A DNA stretch of 20,000 nucleotides, from the IMG/VR virus record IMGVR_UViG_3300034071_000245, one strand, 5' to 3'. Of this stretch, positions 1 through 7,907 are shown in pieces; the stretch's first letter is position 1; every line of letters starts with the position of its first letter. The notes under the pieces were generated by a model that worked only from the letters and a program-made list of their open reading frames with translations, was not told the origin of the DNA and searched no databases. The translations under genes were made by a program, and so were the position numbers. The stretch is from an uncultured virus (IMG/VR IMGVR_UViG_3300034071_000245) (taxonomy: Duplodnaviria > Heunggongvirae > Uroviricota > Caudoviricetes).

Positions 1-3
1 TTC

Positions 4-11
4 TATTTATA
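4..11 (-). promoter_or_regulatory. T4-type late promoter TATAAATA
   Basis: Plus-strand tatttata is TATAAATA on the minus strand, just downstream of the phoH stop and pointing off-window. Confidence 0.55.
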
Positions 12-25
12 TAACATGTAAACTA

Positions 26-742
26 TCATAGTCCCATTTCAGTTTTTTGAATGATATATTCTTTAACTGTACCAGAACGAACAATGTCTTCAATACCAAA
101 TTCGATATGGTCGAATGATGACATACGGCGAGTTATTGCCATCAGTTCTCTAATACCAGTCTTGTCATGTGGTTTGTGTAGATCACTCTGACGGTAATCA
201 CCACAAAAGACGATACGAGAGTTGGTACCTATACGGGTCATAACAGTATCGATTTCTTGGAAGTTCATGTTGTTACATTCGTCAACGATGATAATGGAAT
301 CATTGAAGGTCGTACCACGGAGGAACGATGTAGTGGTGAACTCGACCATTCTTTTCATCTTTAGTATCTTCCAACCATCACCACGACCAAATAGATCGTC
401 ACAAATTTCCTGATAGGGTTGTTCGTAAACTTCCGCTTTCTGTTTTTCCGAACCGGGCAAGAAGCCCATGTCTCTTGATGGAACTACCGAACGGATGATA
501 ACGACCCTCTTATATGTCTCCTCGATTAGCACCTCCCTTAGTGCAAGATATGATGATAGAAAAGTTTTACCGGTGCCGGCATAACCATGTAGCATGAGAT
601 TTGAACCGGCTTCGTAGGCGTCCCATACTCTCTGTTGATTGACAGTGAGTGGCTTAATGTGACGAAGTTCGAAGTGGTTTCTCTCAGCCTGATTTTGAGG
701 CTGATGCTGTTGTTGGTTATTTCTTTTCGACTTTCTTGACAT
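26..742 (-). CDS. phoH: PhoH-like ATPase
   Basis: Walker A GYAGTGKT, DMGFLPG, FLRGTTF, IIVDECNN, GDYRQSDL and DIVRS motifs. Start moved to MSRKSK (742) because the longer ORF crosses a terminator and another gene. Confidence 0.93.
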   Translation of the reverse strand: MSRKSKRNNQQQHQPQNQAERNHFELRHIKPLTVNQQRVWDAYEAGSNLMLHGYAGTGKTFLSSYLALREVLIEETYKRVVIIRSVVPSRDMGFLPGSEKQKAEVYEQPYQEICDDLFGRGDGWKILKMKRMVEFTTTSFLRGTTFNDSIIIVDECNNMNFQEIDTVMTRIGTNSRIVFCGDYRQSDLHKPHDKTGIRELMAITRRMSSFDHIEFGIEDIVRSGTVKEYIIQKTEMGL

Positions 743-780
743 ATATTTTACCTTATTGTTATCGTTATTCACATCTCCAT

Positions 781-820
781 AAACAAAAGAGGTCGATGCC
801 TTTTTACGGGCACGACCTCT
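781..820 (-). terminator. Intrinsic terminator-like hairpin
   Basis: Minus strand AGAGGTCGTGCC-loop-GGCATCGACCTCT followed by TTTGTTT. Confidence 0.7.
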
Positions 821-851
821 AAACTTTTTACTGTGATGTTCTGTTGTCAGG

Positions 852-1115
852 TTAAATCTCCTTGGGAATGTCCCAACGCTTGCTTGCAACGGCAGATGCC
901 TCTGGCACAGCGGACTTGATTCGACCGAGAACATACTTTTGAAAATCTGCTGGCGGCTTTGTGATACCGACATTCACCGGATCAACCATTGTAAAGTTGC
1001 GTAGCACTTGACGAAGTTGGGGATTATTCTTTTCAAACTCATCACGCTCGGCAATGGTCATTGTGTTGGTGAACTCCTCACCAGTCTCTTTATTTTCCCA
1101 TGTGTAATTAGGCAT
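852..1115 (-). CDS. FmdB-like small protein (Cys-less variant), T4-like phage conserved
   Basis: MPNYTWENKETGEEF...MTIAERDEFEKNNP N-terminus. Start moved to MPNY. Confidence 0.6.
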   Translation of the reverse strand: MPNYTWENKETGEEFTNTMTIAERDEFEKNNPQLRQVLRNFTMVDPVNVGITKPPADFQKYVLGRIKSAVPEASAVASKRWDIPKEI

Positions 1116-1308
1116 CAACATTGTCCTTTGGATCATAAAATTTATTGTTGTTTATTCCACCGTTCATGTTAGCACCGAGAAACATAGGTGCTGATAACAG
1201 TTTTTCTAGTTCAGGATGGTTTGTTAGAAACTCATCCAGTTCGGAGACAGACATGAAAACATCAAATGTCTCCCCGGTTTGCTTATCACGAAACGAATAA
1301 GTTGGCAT
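1108..1308 (-). CDS. FmdB-like small protein (Cys-less variant), paralog of adjacent gene
   Basis: MPTYSFRDKQTGETF...MSVSELDEFLTNHP. GGAG SD upstream of 1308. Confidence 0.6.
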   Translation of the reverse strand: MPTYSFRDKQTGETFDVFMSVSELDEFLTNHPELEKLLSAPMFLGANMNGGINNNKFYDPKDNVDA

Positions 1309-1310
1309 TG

Positions 1311-1856
1311 TTACTCCATAATCCAGTCTGGTGCGGTAGCTGGCGCTTTCCATGAATGAAGGTGTGCCTTGCCTACCTTGTAGTAGTTGCGATAGTTCAC
1401 AACTGCGTCTTCCGATATGATGTATTTAGCATCCATGGCACTTGGAGGTTGTGTCTTATAGCCAACAGGAATGTTATTTGGCAGAGCAGCGAGGATGCCT
1501 TTAAGACCGCTTTCTTCGATCTTATGTACCTTGCCATAACGGCGAGTGTATTCACGACAATGCTCATCTAGATAACACCACAGCCAGTTGTAGTTGTTAT
1601 TGGACTCACGAGCCCAAACGGCCGACGGGTGATTGATATGCGTGGCAGAATACAAAGAAGTCTCACGACTATCAGATAAACGCCATCTTTTGACACTCCG
1701 ACCGGTCTTCGTTTTGTCGGTATATTGAACGCCGTCAATAACACGGTGAGCAGTAGAAAGCAACTGTGCAGCCTCAAGAATCATCTTGACGACATGACGA
1801 TCAACAGCCCACTGGGCGCACATTTTAGGATCAGAGTGAATATAAAAGATATTCAT
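1311..1856 (-). CDS. Pyrimidine-dimer DNA glycosylase (DenV)-related protein
   Basis: MNIFY...DRHVVKMILEAAQLLSTAH...THINHPSAVWARES...EYTRRYGKVH, the common phage family annotated as DenV-like. Confidence 0.65.
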   Translation of the reverse strand: MNIFYIHSDPKMCAQWAVDRHVVKMILEAAQLLSTAHRVIDGVQYTDKTKTGRSVKRWRLSDSRETSLYSATHINHPSAVWARESNNNYNWLWCYLDEHCREYTRRYGKVHKIEESGLKGILAALPNNIPVGYKTQPPSAMDAKYIISEDAVVNYRNYYKVGKAHLHSWKAPATAPDWIME

Positions 1857-2071
1857 CTTACGATACATCCTTTTAGGTCGGAGAGTAAACCATTTAGAAC
1901 AGCCCGTGTAAAGGCATCTTCGTTACCATTTAAAAGATTGTGAAGGTTCATGGCATAATAGGCTGCATTATCACCACGAATGAACACGCCGGGCCAGTCA
2001 TCACCAATCTGGGTCGGACCGGTCTCTACTCGTTTGTCAAGTTCAACATCAATTTTACGAATCTCAGGCAT
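1853..2071 (-). CDS. Hypothetical protein
   Basis: Overlap-coupled ORF in the operon. Contains RVETGPTQIGDDWPGVFIRGD. Confidence 0.7.
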   Translation of the reverse strand: MPEIRKIDVELDKRVETGPTQIGDDWPGVFIRGDNAAYYAMNLHNLLNGNEDAFTRAVLNGLLSDLKGCIVR

Positions 2072-2456
2072 AACGATCCTTTAGAAAGTTTTCCATGTAG
2101 TGACGGATATTTGCCGCACCGATAGGATTGGCACTGTGAACATTATACGAGAAGCCATCTAGGTTGTCAACATTCTCCATGATCCAATCGCACAGCCACT
2201 TGGCGAAGTCATACCCGGTAAACTCACGAGGCGCACCAGTGCGAGGTGCACCGTCCATATACTCGTCCATAGGACCGTATGCAGACTCCAGATTGTAATG
2301 AACATCTGCAAGGTCATGATCGAACGATACATGATACGGAAGACCATAGTTCTTCACATACCAAACAGCATCATGATAGTTCCGTGCCAGGCGCCAATCT
2401 GAATCAAGATCAGGCAGATTGCGCAGGTCATCCAGATAGAGTTTATACATCATCAT
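2064..2456 (-). CDS. Cyclic-phosphate-processing receiver-like domain protein
   Basis: LYLDDLR, VSFDHDL, TGYDFAKWL and VHSANPIGAANI motifs. Confidence 0.75.
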   Translation of the reverse strand: MMMYKLYLDDLRNLPDLDSDWRLARNYHDAVWYVKNYGLPYHVSFDHDLADVHYNLESAYGPMDEYMDGAPRTGAPREFTGYDFAKWLCDWIMENVDNLDGFSYNVHSANPIGAANIRHYMENFLKDRYA

Positions 2457-2601
2457 AAAACATATCCCAGTAACCTTGATCCCAATAATTGGCGAGAGCG
2501 AGACTTACACCATCGTATGGATTATCCACTAGATTGATGCCATCTTCAAAATAAGCCTCACAACCTTCATTGTAGGCAATTTGTTTTAGTTCGTCGGTCA
2601 T
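2443..2601 (-). CDS. Small acidic hypothetical protein (52 aa, MTDELKQIAYNEG...)
   Basis: Fills the gap and has an ATGA overlap with the ligase stop. Translated by hand; below the ORF-track cutoff. Confidence 0.6.
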   Translation of the reverse strand: MTDELKQIAYNEGCEAYFEDGINLVDNPYDGVSLALANYWDQGYWDMFYDDV

Positions 2602-3716
2602 AGGTCTCTCTTACCTTTCCAGAAAGCAACGACAACGGGGAAGCGGAGTTTGCCGTCTTCCGTTTTGTTCTGATACCGTACCGTTACGCTTGTATAACCA
2701 TAATCATTATACAATAGGTCTTTAAGGAAGTCAAACTTCCCACGCACTCCTGCAAACTGTGTGGTTCCGTCTTTCAAACGGATTTCAATCCGCTTGACAG
2801 CACCTGCCCAATTGCCTTTACCTTCTTCCATAGAAACGATTTCAAATTCATCGTCCTCAAATTCCTTATGCTTGATAAGGTTCTTTGAACGCTTACCTTC
2901 ATAAAGAGAGTCAGGAACACGAAGCATTTGACCTTCATATCCTTCTTCAAGGTTCCAAGAAAGATTTTCCATAATTTGTTCTTCGCTTTCTGCAATTGTA
3001 GATTCTACAAAACGGATACATGGAGAAGGATGATCTTCCAACAAAACAGCACCTAAAAATTCTTTACGGTTCATAAAAGTCCAATTGCGATCATAATCAA
3101 TCATATCATAAACATGATATTGGATCGTCTTTCTGGACTCTTCCAGATCATCAACAGTCGGTTTAGTCTTACGAGCAAGAGAAATAATCTTCTCAAAGTC
3201 GTTTTTTAGTTCATGATTATACAGTTCTCCATCAAGAACAATTTCGGGATATTCCCGAAAGAACGGTTCGAGTGCTTCATGAATATGAGGCGCAGAAAGA
3301 ATAGGCTTGCCGTTGCGTGACTGCATACCGTCTTTTGATACGAGACAACGAACACCATCAAGTTTCGGCTGCGAGTAATAAGGGAACTTGTTATGCTTTG
3401 CAGGGTTATATTTGTCGGCAAGCATACACTCAACGAACTTGGCACCATTCTTAGCCCAAGTGGTAGTCTGATGATACTTGCCTTGATATTCTTTCTTTGT
3501 GATTTCAGAAAGCACTTCTAACTCAACCTGTTCTTTCACAGTGGTTGCGTTAGCACGACCGACATTCTTGGCCTCTGGATACTTCCACCCAGAAACTACA
3601 ATCTTGCCATCTTTGATGCCGGAATGAGTGCGATACTTTGTATCGTCATACTCCATCCACCACACACGGGTGTTACCTTTAGAGTCAATCTTGTAAAGTT
3701 TCTGGGTGGCTTTCAT
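2598..3716 (-). CDS. ATP-dependent DNA ligase
   Basis: Motif I QPKLDGVRC, motif III LDGELY, motif IV EGQMLR, motif V KHK, C-terminal OB fold ending LRFP. Confidence 0.93.
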   Translation of the reverse strand: MKATQKLYKIDSKGNTRVWWMEYDDTKYRTHSGIKDGKIVVSGWKYPEAKNVGRANATTVKEQVELEVLSEITKKEYQGKYHQTTTWAKNGAKFVECMLADKYNPAKHNKFPYYSQPKLDGVRCLVSKDGMQSRNGKPILSAPHIHEALEPFFREYPEIVLDGELYNHELKNDFEKIISLARKTKPTVDDLEESRKTIQYHVYDMIDYDRNWTFMNRKEFLGAVLLEDHPSPCIRFVESTIAESEEQIMENLSWNLEEGYEGQMLRVPDSLYEGKRSKNLIKHKEFEDDEFEIVSMEEGKGNWAGAVKRIEIRLKDGTTQFAGVRGKFDFLKDLLYNDYGYTSVTVRYQNKTEDGKLRFPVVVAFWKGKRDL

Positions 3717-3725
3717 ATTATCCTC

Positions 3726-4553
3726 TTATGGTTTCAGGACACTACGCATAAAGTCGAGACCTTTCATTTCAAGGCTCGTATCTTTTAGTTCGTGGCCGCC
3801 GTCGAATGTATAGAACTTGTGATATACACCGAGTTGATTCAACTTTGTTGCCACCATAACAGACTGTGCATAAGGCACAATATCATCTTTTGTTCCGTGT
3901 ATGATACAAGTTGGAGGGAACAAAGCGGTGACTGCATAGATGGGCGAAGCAGATTGATACAGTCCGGGGTTTTGCTCATATGTTGTATTGTTGAACAGCG
4001 GCAAAACACCAATAAGGTCTTTCATCTTTGCTCCGCCAAGGTCGCAAGGGCCGAAAACATCAAGAATGCAACTTGCACTAGGGCTAAAATTAGAATGTAA
4101 ATGACTCCTATCGCCGGGGATAGTATTAGGATTAGCACCAACCATAAGCGCCAAATGACCACCGGCAGAATCACCTCCAACTCCAATGCGATTAGGATCG
4201 ATACGAAAGTTGACAGCATTGGATCTTACCCATCTAATGGCATTTTGAACATCTTGAAACTGGGCTGGCCATTGCGTTGTCTTGTCCTCATATGTGGCAA
4301 GACGGTAGTTTATTGCAATGACATGAAAACCGGCCAGAGCATAGCGTCTAGCACGGCCCTCGTATGCGGATTTATCACCAGCAGACCAACCACCACCGTG
4401 GATAAACACAACCACAGGACGAACCCCTCGATTAAGGAGATAGAGGTCAGCGGTCTCCGATTTCGACACACCATATGGGATATCCTTATAAACTGTCCAG
4501 TTGGGTTTGATGATGTTAGAGAAGTATGGAAGAATGTAGTTAAGTGGGTTCAT
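3726..4553 (-). CDS. Alpha/beta hydrolase (HSL-family esterase/lipase)
   Basis: HGGGW oxyanion motif, GDSAG nucleophile, HGTKDDIVP acid residue, GGH histidine. Confidence 0.9.
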   Translation of the reverse strand: MNPLNYILPYFSNIIKPNWTVYKDIPYGVSKSETADLYLLNRGVRPVVVFIHGGGWSAGDKSAYEGRARRYALAGFHVIAINYRLATYEDKTTQWPAQFQDVQNAIRWVRSNAVNFRIDPNRIGVGGDSAGGHLALMVGANPNTIPGDRSHLHSNFSPSASCILDVFGPCDLGGAKMKDLIGVLPLFNNTTYEQNPGLYQSASPIYAVTALFPPTCIIHGTKDDIVPYAQSVMVATKLNQLGVYHKFYTFDGGHELKDTSLEMKGLDFMRSVLKP

Positions 4554-4575
4554 GATTGACTCCTTTCAATCTTAT

Positions 4576-4947
4576 CTAGCAATCCTCCGATAAGATTTCA
4601 CGGCCAACATCAGGACCCCAATTTACTTCCTTGCTTACCTGATCTTCCCGATGTTTAACACTATCGAAGATAAAACGCAACTTGTTTTCTGTTGGCCAGA
4701 AACTTAGATAAGCGTTTTCACGATCAAATAGTTCCAGATATTCTTTCTCCGTGATAACACGATGGGAAAAGATATCTTCCGCAATATGATTCTGTGATAC
4801 TTCTTCTAGTTTGTCTTGATAAGTTCCGGCTGTAATAGCGTCGGTCACATCATCAAGAGCATAATCATTTGGCTCACTATCAGGTAGTCGCACAACATAT
4901 GTGTGGCGGAATGTGGAAACAGTTTCGACTAGGACAAGTTTGGACAT
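4576..4947 (-). CDS. Hypothetical protein with MazE-like C-terminal tail
   Basis: Clean ORF in the operon, ending EVNWGPDVGREILSEDC. Confidence 0.65.
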   Translation of the reverse strand: MSKLVLVETVSTFRHTYVVRLPDSEPNDYALDDVTDAITAGTYQDKLEEVSQNHIAEDIFSHRVITEKEYLELFDRENAYLSFWPTENKLRFIFDSVKHREDQVSKEVNWGPDVGREILSEDC

Positions 4948-4951
4948 TATA

Positions 4952-5158
4952 TCAACTCCGTTCGATTAAGTCAAGTAGATTAGTTAGGAAACGTTCCTCT
5001 TGACTACACTGACCGACAATACCTTCCCACACAGGATCAATCTTTGCAGTCTGGGCAAAATCATGTTTGATACGCCGCAGATCGGCTAGTCTATTATAAA
5101 TCTTTTCTTTGATTTCGATTAGTGCCACATCGGCGCTTTTAGTTAGAAACTCTGTCAT
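4952..5158 (-). CDS. Hypothetical protein
   Basis: ORF with ATGA overlap to the upstream gene. Confidence 0.65.
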   Translation of the reverse strand: MTEFLTKSADVALIEIKEKIYNRLADLRRIKHDFAQTAKIDPVWEGIVGQCSQEERFLTNLLDLIERS

Positions 5159-5571
5159 TCTACCACCTCTAGTTTATCTTTATTTACTTTCAATGTCACT
5201 TTCTTAGCAGCATTGATATCACCACTCAATTTCGTATAGTCACGACCACCATCAATAGCAACTGGGCCGCACTCCCGATAATCGTGACGATAACGAGAAT
5301 AATATACATCATCACCAATCTGAATGCCCTCGAAAGGTTCAGTGGCAGAGATACCATTGGTGATCATAAACTGTTCACCATTATTATACAAGGCAAAGTA
5401 GTTTGAACCCTGCGGGTGTGCTTCTTCTGTATAAAAGATAGCAGCAGGAAAGTTGGCCCAGCCATGCTTGCCTTTGATACAAGACTCCATAACGAATGTA
5501 GCCTTATACATATTCTCAACCTTAGCAATGCCATCAGGCTTTAGAAAGGTGCATTCATTATGGATTTTCAT
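5155..5571 (-). CDS. Conserved phage hypothetical protein
   Basis: YSRYRHDYR...IDGGRDY motif typical of a widespread phage family. Confidence 0.7.
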   Translation of the reverse strand: MKIHNECTFLKPDGIAKVENMYKATFVMESCIKGKHGWANFPAAIFYTEEAHPQGSNYFALYNNGEQFMITNGISATEPFEGIQIGDDVYYSRYRHDYRECGPVAIDGGRDYTKLSGDINAAKKVTLKVNKDKLEVVE

Positions 5572-5780
5572 TACTCACCTTTCAGGTTCAGATCGACATT
5601 GTTATTGCGGAAGTTATCAGTCATAACATTATATTTGAAACAAGCCTGACTTTTCATGTCACCACTATTCACACAATCCATTTTCAACTGAAAATCATAC
5701 CAAGCGCCAAATATAATGCAGCCGAACATGACCGCAAAAAGAAGGCAGAGGAAGGCGAAGAACCAATCAAAGTGACGCAT
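5571..5780 (-). CDS. Small membrane protein
   Basis: N-terminal hydrophobic helix; GGAG SD. Confidence 0.65.
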   Translation of the reverse strand: MRHFDWFFAFLCLLFAVMFGCIIFGAWYDFQLKMDCVNSGDMKSQACFKYNVMTDNFRNNNVDLNLKGE

Positions 5781-6126
5781 TTTTAACTCCGTCTATATGA
5801 GAACAGTGATTGCGATATTTGTATGCCGTGCAGGTGCATGAATAACGATTCAGCGGACCCGCAGTTACGACATATTTGCTATCCACGATTTTAACATTAT
5901 CACTAACATTTGACCTGTCGACCCATGCTTGGATAATGTTTCGCTTATCAAGTATGCGGACCGGTGCATCCATATCTCCAGTTGTTAGAAAGAACTCATT
6001 CTCGGATAGCCATGATTGACGAGGCACTACCCAGCCCATATATACTACTTCTTTGGGGTAACGGTAAGTTGCTATGTGTGGATAGTCACACATAGCACTT
6101 CGATATTTTAATTTTAGATACGCCAT
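5767..6126 (-). CDS. Hypothetical protein with C-terminal SWIM-type Zn finger
   Basis: YSCTCTAYKYRNHCSHI fits CxC...CxH. Confidence 0.7.
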   Translation of the reverse strand: MAYLKLKYRSAMCDYPHIATYRYPKEVVYMGWVVPRQSWLSENEFFLTTGDMDAPVRILDKRNIIQAWVDRSNVSDNVKIVDSKYVVTAGPLNRYSCTCTAYKYRNHCSHIDGVKNASL

Positions 6127-6140
6127 ATGGCACTCCGAAA

Positions 6141-6728
6141 TTAAATGCCAAGAGCCTTGAGGTCAAGGCCTTCAATCGAGTCCCAATCACGATCAATGTT
6201 GAACGAAGTGCCAACTTCACCGCTAGTGCCGAAAGTCTCGGTCACATCGTCAAATTCACGGACATTCTTGGGCTTGAACTTAGCACCGACTGCCTTGAGC
6301 TTTGCAAGGTTAGCTGCCTTGATATCAGCAACGGACTTTTTAGCAGCGACCTTCTTAGGAGCAGCCGCAGCAGCCTTCTTAGCAGCAAATTCCTTGCTGG
6401 TCTTTGCGACAATCGTAGAAAGCTTAACAGTCTTTTGCTTGGGAGCCTTAGCAGCCTTCGGAGCAGCAGCCTTACGGGCAGCGCCGTGGACAGTGTTACG
6501 AATAGCCTCAGCGTTAGAGGGTTCAGCGATTAGCGTATAAGACGCAACCTGGCGACCGTCTTTTTGCTTAGTGATGGTAAAGCCAAGCTTGCCGAGGTAC
6601 CAGACATGCTTAGACGCATAATCGCCATCGCCGACATGAGCATTAATCTCGGCCGGGGTAACGGGAACATTCATCTTGATAACCTGAAGGACCTTGACAA
6701 CAGTAGGAGAGATAGTCAGATTTGCCAT
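6141..6728 (-). CDS. Putative DNA-binding protein: winged-helix-like N-terminus, Lys/Ala-rich linker, acidic tail
   Basis: KAAAPKAAKAPK and KKAAAAAPKKVAAKK repeats. First gene after an early promoter; GAGG SD. Confidence 0.6.
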   Translation of the reverse strand: MANLTISPTVVKVLQVIKMNVPVTPAEINAHVGDGDYASKHVWYLGKLGFTITKQKDGRQVASYTLIAEPSNAEAIRNTVHGAARKAAAPKAAKAPKQKTVKLSTIVAKTSKEFAAKKAAAAAPKKVAAKKSVADIKAANLAKLKAVGAKFKPKNVREFDDVTETFGTSGEVGTSFNIDRDWDSIEGLDLKALGI

Positions 6729-6760
6729 AGTTAAGACCTCGCTTTTTTGATTTATGCTCT

Positions 6761-6827
6761 ATTATAGGACAGTTTGGGACCCCTTGCAAGGGAAAAATGC
6801 CCGAAAAAGTGCGACATGATGACGCAC
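6761..6827 (-). promoter_or_regulatory. Sigma70-type early promoter with upstream palindrome
   Basis: TTGCAA(6789-6784)-17 bp-TATAAT(6766-6761). Palindrome GTGCGACA-TGA-TGACGCAC at 6809-6827. Confidence 0.8.
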
Positions 6828-6834
6828 CCCTAGT

Positions 6835-7056
6835 CTATCGATTAGGTAGACTATTCAAGGCTTGGACTGGGCCATACCGGTCGTCCATGTCATAATACAG
6901 GGAATCGATAATCCCCCCGACCATGTCACGGTCGACCTTGAGAGCGGACCGGGCGTTTACATACTCGACCACATCGCCGAGATAATAAGCGCCAGCTTCA
7001 ATAGCATCGCCCACGAGTTCCACGATTTCGGTATAAGCATCAGACATGCGAGACAT
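6835..7056 (-). CDS. Hypothetical early protein
   Basis: Strong SD GGAGG; acidic 73-aa ORF. Confidence 0.7.
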   Translation of the reverse strand: MSRMSDAYTEIVELVGDAIEAGAYYLGDVVEYVNARSALKVDRDMVGGIIDSLYYDMDDRYGPVQALNSLPNR

Positions 7057-7072
7057 ATTATTCCTCCTTCAA

Positions 7073-7282
7073 TCAGCAATCGGGGTCAAAATCATGCCAC
7101 TCCTGCATTTCATCAGGCTGGCCATCATAATCATCTTCCCCGTCCTCGTCAGACAGATTGACGTCATAAAACTCTTCCACATCGGACTCGCTCATCCAGC
7201 AGAGCAATTCACGGATAAGAGTATCACGATCCAGCATACCTTCATCGACCATTTCGATGATCTTATTCGTATAAGAGCGCAT
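7073..7282 (-). CDS. Very acidic small early protein
   Basis: About 24 of 69 residues are D/E; ends DGQPDEMQEWHDFDPDC. Confidence 0.7.
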   Translation of the reverse strand: MRSYTNKIIEMVDEGMLDRDTLIRELLCWMSESDVEEFYDVNLSDEDGEDDYDGQPDEMQEWHDFDPDC

Positions 7283-7407
7283 TATATTATTCTCCCAAAC
7301 TTAGATATGATCATAGTCACGATAAGAGCGGCGAACAAAAAGGCGACCGTAGCCCATTCAGGAAAGAATGCATAAGCTGGCCAGCCTTTGGGGATTACGA
7401 TTGTCAT
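7282..7407 (-). CDS. Small membrane protein (41 aa, MTIVIPKGWP...)
   Basis: TAATG overlaps at both ends and a hydrophobic helix. Translated by hand. Confidence 0.55.
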   Translation of the reverse strand: MTIVIPKGWPAYAFFPEWATVAFLFAALIVTMIISKFGRII

Positions 7408-7640
7408 TAGGCGTTCCAACCCATCCAGTCTTCAATCTGATTCTGTGACACTTCAACAGCCACAGCACCATCAAGCCACTTGTTGATATGCTTTGAGGTA
7501 GTGCGAGAGAATTTAGTGGAGGTGCGATAAAACTTGCCTTTGACATAAGCAGCAACAGGCGTCTTATATGAAACGAGAAAGGCATTCTCGCCATGACGGA
7601 TTTCAATCTGATTTGAACCGATAGAAGCAGCACGAAGCAT
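7407..7640 (-). CDS. Conserved phage early hypothetical protein
   Basis: FLVSYKTPVAA...FSRTTSKHINKWL. SD AGGAAAGGA downstream of a promoter. Confidence 0.75.
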   Translation of the reverse strand: MLRAASIGSNQIEIRHGENAFLVSYKTPVAAYVKGKFYRTSTKFSRTTSKHINKWLDGAVAVEVSQNQIEDWMGWNA

Positions 7641-7668
7641 TTAATTTCCTTTCCTCATTGTTGAACAT

Positions 7669-7736
7669 ATCATAGGACATATTCCGTCAAGAGTCAATAG
7701 GAAAACGACTAAAAGAGGTGTGACAGATTGTCGCAC
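7669..7736 (-). promoter_or_regulatory. Sigma70-type early promoter with upstream palindrome
   Basis: TTGACT(7697-7692)-17 bp-TATGAT(7674-7669). Palindrome GTGTGACA-GAT-TGTCGCAC at 7718-7736. Confidence 0.8.
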
Positions 7737-7885
7737 CCCTTATGGCCACGCTTACGGTCGTATTTGACCTTGGACTTGACTATTCGTTGCCTGAATTGCC
7801 CATTTTTGAGCGCAAAAGCCACGGGGTTGGCAGCACCGGTGGTGCGTTTGCCCCGCTGGCTCGTGGTACCCCCGCTTTTTGACAT
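7709..7885 (-). CDS. ArfA-like basic protein (58 aa)
   Basis: Hand translation MSKSGGTTSQRGKRTTGAANPVAFALKNGQFRQRIVKSKVKYDRKRGHKGCDNLSHLF with SD GAGGAG. The FRQR...Y.RK..H pattern resembles ArfA. Not in the ORF track. Confidence 0.6.
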   Translation of the reverse strand: MSKSGGTTSQRGKRTTGAANPVAFALKNGQFRQRIVKSKVKYDRKRGHKGCDNLSHLF

Positions 7886-7907
7886 ATCGACGCTCCTCGG
7901 TCGTTGG

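Noticed and set aside
743..973. N-terminal extension of PhoH
   Set aside because: It crosses a terminator-like hairpin and overlaps another gene
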